DNA from: a virus
Taxonomy: Duplodnaviria; Caudoviricetes
IMG/VR virus record: IMGVR_UViG_3300032290_001207
Coordinates: 1-43,418 of that record
DNA: 43,418 nt
Reading direction: 5' to 3' (one strand)
The position numbers and the translations under genes are program-made. Under the pieces are notes generated by a model. It searched no databases. It worked only from the letters and a program-made list of their open reading frames with translations, and was not told where the DNA came from. The stretch's first letter is position 1, and each line of letters opens with the position of its first letter. Of the stretch, positions 37,896 to 43,418 are shown piece by piece.

Positions 37896-38612
37896 CTAAT
37901 ATCCCCCTGTATTTGGCGGTGGCGCTAAGCGCTCACCCTTGTCTCTTAAGTCTGACCATTCTTTTTGTTGTACTGCTTGCTGCTCACGGATTAATCTTAT
38001 TTCTTCTTCCCATTGATCCCACTTTTCTTGCGGGTACTCAGATTCTTCATAATCCCAAAAAGATCCAATTGTGAATCTGTTCCCATCTTCAACAACTTGA
38101 ACTTCATGTTCATTTTCATGCCCACCAGCAAAAGCCGCCAGCATTCCAGATTTAGGCTGAATTGCTATGTCGTGGTCCTTAAAGTTAAGTTTACCACCAA
38201 CGAAATCATCATTCAAATACAAGAATGTTGCCCATCTGCTTCTTTCAAAAGCATTATATTCTCCGTCTGTACTATTGTCTGAGTGGAATGAAGCAAACGC
38301 TCCTGGTATCCATTTTTGTGCATGATAGCTAACCTTTTTAACACCTTTACCTCTTGCAATGCCAGTAGCTTCTTGAATTGAGCTTTCAAGATTTTTAAAG
38401 AAATCTCTAGGCAAACCAAATTTTTCCATATCGTCTGTGTCTGGCAAGTTGGAGGCATATGACTCATAAAATGATATAGGGTCCCAATTTAATGATTTAT
38501 TTTCAACGCAATGTTCCCAATACTTTAAAACACTTTCACATTCTTCTTGTGTTAAAAAGTTATCAAATACAACAATGTCATCTTTTAGTCTTGTGTAGTT
38601 TTCTAAGTTCAT
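37896..38612 (-). CDS. 2OG-Fe(II) oxygenase, prolyl 4-hydroxylase-like (#4)
   Basis: FDNFLTQEEC, HSD, YLNDDFVGG, HEV...RFT. Confidence 0.9.
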   Translation of the reverse strand: MNLENYTRLKDDIVVFDNFLTQEECESVLKYWEHCVENKSLNWDPISFYESYASNLPDTDDMEKFGLPRDFFKNLESSIQEATGIARGKGVKKVSYHAQKWIPGAFASFHSDNSTDGEYNAFERSRWATFLYLNDDFVGGKLNFKDHDIAIQPKSGMLAAFAGGHENEHEVQVVEDGNRFTIGSFWDYEESEYPQEKWDQWEEEIRLIREQQAVQQKEWSDLRDKGERLAPPPNTGGY

Positions 38613-39523
38613 TAGATTCTCTCCGCATTCTCTGGTATTACATGAAATAAGCCAAGTTCTCTTTGTTTATTCTTTCTTTCTCTTTCCATTTCTTCCCAAA
38701 GCTGGTCTCCATATTTTTCTTTATTTGCATGCCACTCTGGCGATCCAGGATCATAGTAAACCCAATTGCATCTAATAAAATATTTATCACCACTAGTTAT
38801 TTTTTTAACTCCATGATAATACATTTCTCCTTCTGGAAATATAAGTGGGTTACCTGCGGGAAAGACCATTACGTCTCCAGATTTAGGGGTAAACATTTTT
38901 ATTTTATTTCCTATAAGGAAGTCAACTTCTCCGCCAGTGTAATCATCATTTAAATAAAGTGTTACTGTTATTGCAAATTTGTGTCCTGGCTCATCTATGT
39001 TTTCTAGCTGATAGTCGCTGTGGTAGTGCATGACCAGGTCATTGGCTGGTCCGTCTTGAGATACCCCAGAAACATACTTACATATCGAAGGGCCCATCCT
39101 AAACCATTTTTTGTCTGGAACTTCGAATTGTGATGTATAATTAAAAACTACTTTATAAAAAATTTCAAGTATTTCATTTAAAACTTCAAATTCTTCTTTT
39201 GTTTGATCTGATTCTTGAGATCTTCCAATGTCCCATTGATCTAACTCTAATCCAAATATATACCAATCGTGCCAAGGGCTAAACATGCTTTTTCTTTTTG
39301 ATGTGTCTTGCTCTAATTCGTTTTCTGATCTTTTTAAAACACGCATTGTTTTGTCTATATCTTTAAAAAGATTTTTATAGACTAAAACTTTAGGATAAAA
39401 TTCTTCATATTGAATTTCTTTAGATTGTTCTTTTAAAGCATTCATATCTAAGGATTCATTTTGTGAATTAATTTGTCCGTCTACGTCCGCCTCGCTTAAC
39501 ATGACGTAATTTTTTTTATACAT
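38612..39523 (-). CDS. 2OG-Fe(II) oxygenase, prolyl 4-hydroxylase-like (#3)
   Basis: HSD, YLNDDYTGGE, HGV...KY. Start could be 39523 or 39538. Confidence 0.88.
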   Translation of the reverse strand: MYKKNYVMLSEADVDGQINSQNESLDMNALKEQSKEIQYEEFYPKVLVYKNLFKDIDKTMRVLKRSENELEQDTSKRKSMFSPWHDWYIFGLELDQWDIGRSQESDQTKEEFEVLNEILEIFYKVVFNYTSQFEVPDKKWFRMGPSICKYVSGVSQDGPANDLVMHYHSDYQLENIDEPGHKFAITVTLYLNDDYTGGEVDFLIGNKIKMFTPKSGDVMVFPAGNPLIFPEGEMYYHGVKKITSGDKYFIRCNWVYYDPGSPEWHANKEKYGDQLWEEMERERKNKQRELGLFHVIPENAERI

Positions 39524-40202
39524 TACTTGGATCTCCATGAGATAAAATTGTCCAGAAGAAAGGAGATGTAAATCTAAATCCTCCAGTTATTTCTTTTACG
39601 CCATGTATATAGTTTTTATCTCCTGGGAAGAAATAAGCTGATCCTGGTACTGGCTTAAATTCTATTCCTTGATTTGGAAAATATAGTTCGCCGCCTTCAT
39701 AGTTGTCGTTGAAATAAAATATTGACCCTATGTCGTAATGTGGAAAATCGTTTGCTGTTCCTGCATCTGGTCCGTCGTGAAGTTCTTTATCAGCGTGTGG
39801 CTTTTGCAAGCTTCCTACTGGCCATTTAACTATTGCTGGGCCAGTAGGTTGAACCTTTACGTTAAAATGCTTTTCTACTACTGGCTGAAGTCTATCAATC
39901 ATTTTGTTTACTAGCTCTAGTATTGATGGGTCAGCCTGCATTAAAGAATTATATGTAGCAACTCTATCTTTCCAGTAATTTGCTTCGTAGATTACTGTGC
40001 CGTTGGAATTAAAGTGGTCTTCTGTGTAATCCCAAATTTTATTATTAAGTGCAAATTCTGTTAGCTTGTCACATTCTTCTTGACTTAAAAAATTTTTGCA
40101 TTCTACAATATTTTCTGGTCCGCTTCCAAAAAATCCAGAAGGAGTAATTGACTTAAGCTCTTGATAGTTGTGATGTGAATTTGATATTTCTGACTTTTCC
40201 AT
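39516..40202 (-). CDS. 2OG-Fe(II) oxygenase, prolyl 4-hydroxylase-like (#2)
   Basis: NFLSQEEC, HAD, YFNDNYEGGELYF, HGV...RFT. Confidence 0.9.
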   Translation of the reverse strand: MEKSEISNSHHNYQELKSITPSGFFGSGPENIVECKNFLSQEECDKLTEFALNNKIWDYTEDHFNSNGTVIYEANYWKDRVATYNSLMQADPSILELVNKMIDRLQPVVEKHFNVKVQPTGPAIVKWPVGSLQKPHADKELHDGPDAGTANDFPHYDIGSIFYFNDNYEGGELYFPNQGIEFKPVPGSAYFFPGDKNYIHGVKEITGGFRFTSPFFWTILSHGDPSNV

Positions 40203-40207
40203 TTTTT

Positions 40208-40936
40208 TTACCTATACTTTCTTCGTGTCCAGAAAGATTTTTTATAAATCCCTCCGTCTGGTATTCTGAACGTGTCATTTGCCCATTTTGATCTTTCAAA
40301 AATTTCTGATTGGTTGTGGAGCTTTATATCCATTTGCCAGTCTTCTCTTTTAAAAGGAATTATTTGAACAAACGGCGTTCCTTTTGGTAGTACCCCGCTA
40401 AATTCCTTTTTTAAAAAAAACGGCATTAAGCCTGGAGTATTAAACTTATCATTATCTATTATACCAGCCACCATTGTAAAAGGTAGTTCAAAATGATTTA
40501 ATGGCGTGACATATAGAGCAGAATATCCTTCTGGGAGTTCTGGTGCCCATGTTGGATAAAAATGAAATGAAGATTCATAATGACCAGATGGTATTACAAA
40601 ATCAGACATTCCGCCTGGCCTAATTTCACAAAAATCTTTAAATTGTGGTGGTACCTTTACTAAAATTTTATTGTCTACTAATTCAAATGTAATATCGCAT
40701 GGAGTTTTTAAAACGTACCCTGTTGTATATAGGTCTAAAATTGCTGGACAGGATTTATATCCCAATGCTCTACTTCCATCTGGGTACTTTGCTGGTTCCC
40801 CGTTTGGCATCTTTATATATATGTCAGAATCTTGATACCATTTTGGAGTATTTTTAGAGGCTGGTTCTGGCGCTGGGGTATCTTTGTATTCGTTTGATAC
40901 TCTATTTGAATGAAAGAATATTTTTTTAAATTCCAC
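40208..40936 (-). CDS. Hypothetical protein, DUF6065-related (possible dUTPase-like beta fold)
   Basis: KSCPAILD...GYVLKTPCDI...PEGYSAL...GIIDND...KGTPFVQIIPF parallels the adjacent gene; GTG start. Confidence 0.55.
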   Translation of the reverse strand: MEFKKIFFHSNRVSNEYKDTPAPEPASKNTPKWYQDSDIYIKMPNGEPAKYPDGSRALGYKSCPAILDLYTTGYVLKTPCDITFELVDNKILVKVPPQFKDFCEIRPGGMSDFVIPSGHYESSFHFYPTWAPELPEGYSALYVTPLNHFELPFTMVAGIIDNDKFNTPGLMPFFLKKEFSGVLPKGTPFVQIIPFKREDWQMDIKLHNQSEIFERSKWANDTFRIPDGGIYKKSFWTRRKYR

Positions 40937-41642
40937 AGGGTTCTGGTCCGTCCACTACTTTTAACCTTAAAGACTTTACTTCATGGCTTCCTAGCTTATT
41001 ACCTTTGTGGTCAACGGCATCTCTATAAAAATTTGTCCACTTACCACTCTTATTTATTTCATAAACTATATTGCTGTAGTCCGCATCTGGAAAGAAGTTT
41101 GCTGGTAGATCATTGATATTTTTTACAATTGCTTCTGACCCATTCAGCTTTGACAAAGAAATTGGCATAATTGCAATTACTGGAGTGCCTGCTTTAATTG
41201 TAATTTCTACATTGGGTCTGGTGATTCTCCATGCTATTGGAAATTCCCCCCTAAAGAAAGATGTGCTTATTACTGTTGAAAATGGCTGAACTCCGTCTCT
41301 GAGTAAATTTGGGACTGGCATGCCTAGCATGCTTACATCTTCTTCGGTTCTAAAAATCATTCCGCTATTAAAGCTTATTGTTGCATTTGATCTACCAGTA
41401 GTTACATATTTTTCTCCCGATATTATTTTTACATGATCAGGCGTTGAATCTGATACTCCATCCCATATAAAGGTTATATCTTCTGGAAATGATATGCCCC
41501 ACCCTAAGCCGTTTGTTAAGCTAACTGGAAAACATTTATAAGCATGTGCATCAAAAGTTTCATCCATCCATTCTCTTTTTACAGAAAGAGGTTCTAGTTT
41601 TCCAAGGTCTGGTCTAGTATTATATACTTCAAATGTGTACAT
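40926..41642 (-). CDS. DUF6065-family protein
   Basis: REWMD...AYKCFPVSLTNGLGW N-terminal signature, recognised from memory; IKAGTPVIAIMPI. Confidence 0.65.
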   Translation of the reverse strand: MYTFEVYNTRPDLGKLEPLSVKREWMDETFDAHAYKCFPVSLTNGLGWGISFPEDITFIWDGVSDSTPDHVKIISGEKYVTTGRSNATISFNSGMIFRTEEDVSMLGMPVPNLLRDGVQPFSTVISTSFFRGEFPIAWRITRPNVEITIKAGTPVIAIMPISLSKLNGSEAIVKNINDLPANFFPDADYSNIVYEINKSGKWTNFYRDAVDHKGNKLGSHEVKSLRLKVVDGPEPCGI

Positions 41643-42325
41643 TAATATGGGGACGGTTCTGGCAATGAGGTATCAGTTTTAAATTTCATATAAAACTCCA
41701 TGTCATGTGCCGCATCGCTATAGTCTGTCATTGTCACAATAGAATACTTTAGTCCCTCTTTTACTGGCAAAGCTGCGTGAGAAAACAAGTACGTTGATGG
41801 GAAAATATAAAGATCCCCAGCTTTAGGCTTAATTTCTAAATCTAGTTTATCAAATCTTAATCCGCCTTCTATGTAATCGTCATTTGGATAGGCAACCATT
41901 GAAACTGTTGCTATGTAAGACAACCCATGATCTGCATGATACGAAAAGTGTTGGCCTGGACCATATTTAATAAAATTCATTGCTTCCCAATACTTCATTT
42001 CAATATTGTATTTATTGCAATAGTCTTTAAGTGCTACTGCTTGTGCATCATGAACATCCTGCCAAAGATTATTCATTTCAACTTCATCTGGGGGCAGATT
42101 GCTAGATGGGTTTTTATTTATTTTAAAGTCAACACAATCTCTATATTCTGGCATTTTTTCTCTATACCCGACAGTAGCTTCTTGCCAGCCTCTACGTTCA
42201 CCACTTTTTGCAACAACATTTTCTAGCCTATTAATAATATCAAATTCTGGCTTAATCACATCTCTATAAACCCATATACCAGGGAATAACTCTTCTTTTG
42301 AAGAAAATTTAAAATCTTTTTCCAT
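41642..42325 (-). CDS. 2OG-Fe(II) oxygenase, prolyl 4-hydroxylase-like (#1)
   Basis: IKYGPGQHFSYHAD, YPNDDYIEGG, IFPSTYLFSH...KYS. Confidence 0.9.
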   Translation of the reverse strand: MEKDFKFSSKEELFPGIWVYRDVIKPEFDIINRLENVVAKSGERRGWQEATVGYREKMPEYRDCVDFKINKNPSSNLPPDEVEMNNLWQDVHDAQAVALKDYCNKYNIEMKYWEAMNFIKYGPGQHFSYHADHGLSYIATVSMVAYPNDDYIEGGLRFDKLDLEIKPKAGDLYIFPSTYLFSHAALPVKEGLKYSIVTMTDYSDAAHDMEFYMKFKTDTSLPEPSPY

Positions 42326-42347
42326 TTTTTTTCTTTCTATTTGTTTG

Positions 42348-42578
42348 TTACCATTTATTTAATGGACACGAAGCATTAATAAGCTGTGTTTTTAATTTCA
42401 TTACACATCCACACTCTTTACATTGTGATGTTAGTTTAACAAATTTTGGACAAACCTGACAAATATCAAGTCTTTCTTTTATTTTATCTGGGTCTTTTAG
42501 TTTTGCTGAAGGATCCAATATATGCCATGGACGAGTTTCTCCCAAAGACTGTTTCCATTTTTCCCACTCAGTTAGCAT
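42348..42578 (-). CDS. Small Cys-rich metal-binding protein, DUF6171-like
   Basis: RLDICQVC...CKECGC.MKLK......CPLNKW. Confidence 0.7.
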   Translation of the reverse strand: MLTEWEKWKQSLGETRPWHILDPSAKLKDPDKIKERLDICQVCPKFVKLTSQCKECGCVMKLKTQLINASCPLNKW

Positions 42579-42589
42579 TTTGCTACCGT

Positions 42590-43039
42590 TTAAATGTCTG
42601 CTGGAGGGGAGAAAGTTGTACCGTTATAGGTATAACCAAGGGTTACATCGCTTTCATCTTCTAAACCAAAAACACTTATTGGATCAGCAAAAGCTGCAAC
42701 ATATTTAGGGTTAGGAACATTTGCAATTACTGCTGAAGAAAAACTAGCGGCTACAACATTATTTATTAAAAAAACATGTAGAGTTTTATCCGCTGGTCGT
42801 GCAGATAGAGGGTCAGCGCCTTCTGCCATAGAAAACTCTCCAGTAGATGGATCATAAATAGATCCTGTTGCAATATTTTCTTTAGAACTTACAGTAATTA
42901 CATTAATTGGAGAAGACTCTACAATAGAATTCCATCTATCAATTAAATCAGGCTGGGCCTGGCCTTCTGGTAGTGTCATCGTATGAAAAACTTCAGACAC
43001 GCCATCTGCGTTTGGTGTTGTTACTAATACATATTTCAT
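42590..43039 (-). CDS. Hypothetical protein with two internal repeats, possible fibre assembly chaperone
   Basis: 149 aa, AAGGAG RBS; halves end IATGSIYDPSTGEFS and VTLGYTYNGTTFSPP. Confidence 0.6.
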   Translation of the reverse strand: MKYVLVTTPNADGVSEVFHTMTLPEGQAQPDLIDRWNSIVESSPINVITVSSKENIATGSIYDPSTGEFSMAEGADPLSARPADKTLHVFLINNVVAASFSSAVIANVPNPKYVAAFADPISVFGLEDESDVTLGYTYNGTTFSPPADI

Positions 43040-43062
43040 TTATTTCTCCTTTATTAAATTCA

Positions 43063-43090
43063 ATTATAGCATTTAGGCTAAAATAGTCAA
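43063..43090 (-). promoter_or_regulatory. Sigma70/SigA-type promoter (copy B) upstream of the oxygenase operon
   Basis: TTGACT-16nt-TATAAT with TGC extension; near-identical to 1752-1779. Confidence 0.85.
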
Positions 43091-43100
43091 GCTTTATATA

Positions 43101-43418
43101 TTAACAAACGCAGTTGTTTTCACATGGTCCAGTGCACCAGCACCAAAGAGAAGGGCAGTTACCCTCGCTGCAAGCTGGGCATCCTCCAAAAGTTGGTGGT
43201 ACGAAGTATGGTGGGAAGAACGGTGCTGGGAAATACGGTGGTACGAAGTATGGTGGGAAGAATGGTGGTACAAAATATGGTGGTACGAAGTATGGTGGGA
43301 AGAACGGTGGGACGAAGTATGGTGGGAAGTATGGTGGGAAGAACGGTGGGAAGAACGGTGGGACGAAGTATGGTGGGAAGTATGGTGGGAAGAACGGTGG
43401 GAAGAACGGTGGGACGAA
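43101..43418 (-). CDS. C-terminal fragment (105 aa visible) of a second Pro-Phe-Tyr repeat protein with 8-Cys terminus (not in ORF track; start lies outside the window)
   Basis: Manual translation: ...FVPPFFPPFFPPYFPPYFVPP...PPYFPAPFFPPYFVPPTFGGCPACSEGNCPSLWCWCTGPCENNCVC*; frame is open to the window edge. Confidence 0.9.
   Translation of the reverse strand, partial: FVPPFFPPFFPPYFPPYFVPPFFPPFFPPYFPPYFVPPFFPPYFVPPYFVPPFFPPYFVPPYFPAPFFPPYFVPPTFGGCPACSEGNCPSLWCWCTGPCENNCVC
43194..43418 (-). repeat. Coding tandem repeat of PPFF / PPYF / VPP units (12- and 15-nt subunits)
   Basis: Same subunits as 1879-2058 in a different order; runs off the window end. Confidence 0.95.

Noticed and set aside
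2504-42664. Numerous + strand ORFs of 60-214 aa and short nested minus-strand ORFs
   Set aside because: They lie within or antisense to well-supported genes, lack recognisable motifs, and all promoters and terminators found point leftward.
43063-43418. Terminal direct repeat or circular overlap with the window start
   Set aside because: The Cys domains, array order and downstream genes differ, so the two loci are paralogous rather than the same locus.
1-43418. tRNA/rRNA genes, integrase, terminase, lysis cassette, alternative genetic code
   Set aside because: Intergenic gaps are short and occupied by promoters and terminators, and no such motifs were seen. TAA, TAG and TGA all act as normal stops with full-length genes.

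Overview
This is a 43.4-kb, AT-rich segment of a tailed dsDNA phage genome (siphovirus-type morphogenesis region) with every credible gene on the minus strand. Gene order and leaderless-type promoters suggest an actinobacterial host (inference). In transcription order (right to left) it holds: the C-terminal end of a Pro/Phe/Tyr-repeat protein with an 8-Cys tip; an operon with five prolyl-hydroxylase-like 2OG-Fe(II) oxygenases, two DUF6065-like proteins and a DUF6171-like Cys protein; a LamG-like protein; portal; protease/scaffold; major capsid; head-tail connectors; tail tube; a -1 frameshifted tail chaperone; a 4141-aa tape measure protein carrying kinase-like, CHAP, LysM, HExxH and lysozyme-like modules; tail-tip proteins; an FN3-rich fibre; small coiled-coil genes; and a metallophosphoesterase. 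The most striking observation is a duplicated cassette at both ends of the window: (VPPFFPPYF)n repeat, then a Cx2Cx4Cx4CxCx3Cx3CxC terminus, then a stop codon and a near-identical promoter. One copy of that promoter sits directly in front of the oxygenase operon. This suggests a phage-encoded system for post-translationally modifying proline/aromatic-rich virion fibre tips. All family assignments come from motif recognition, not database searches.
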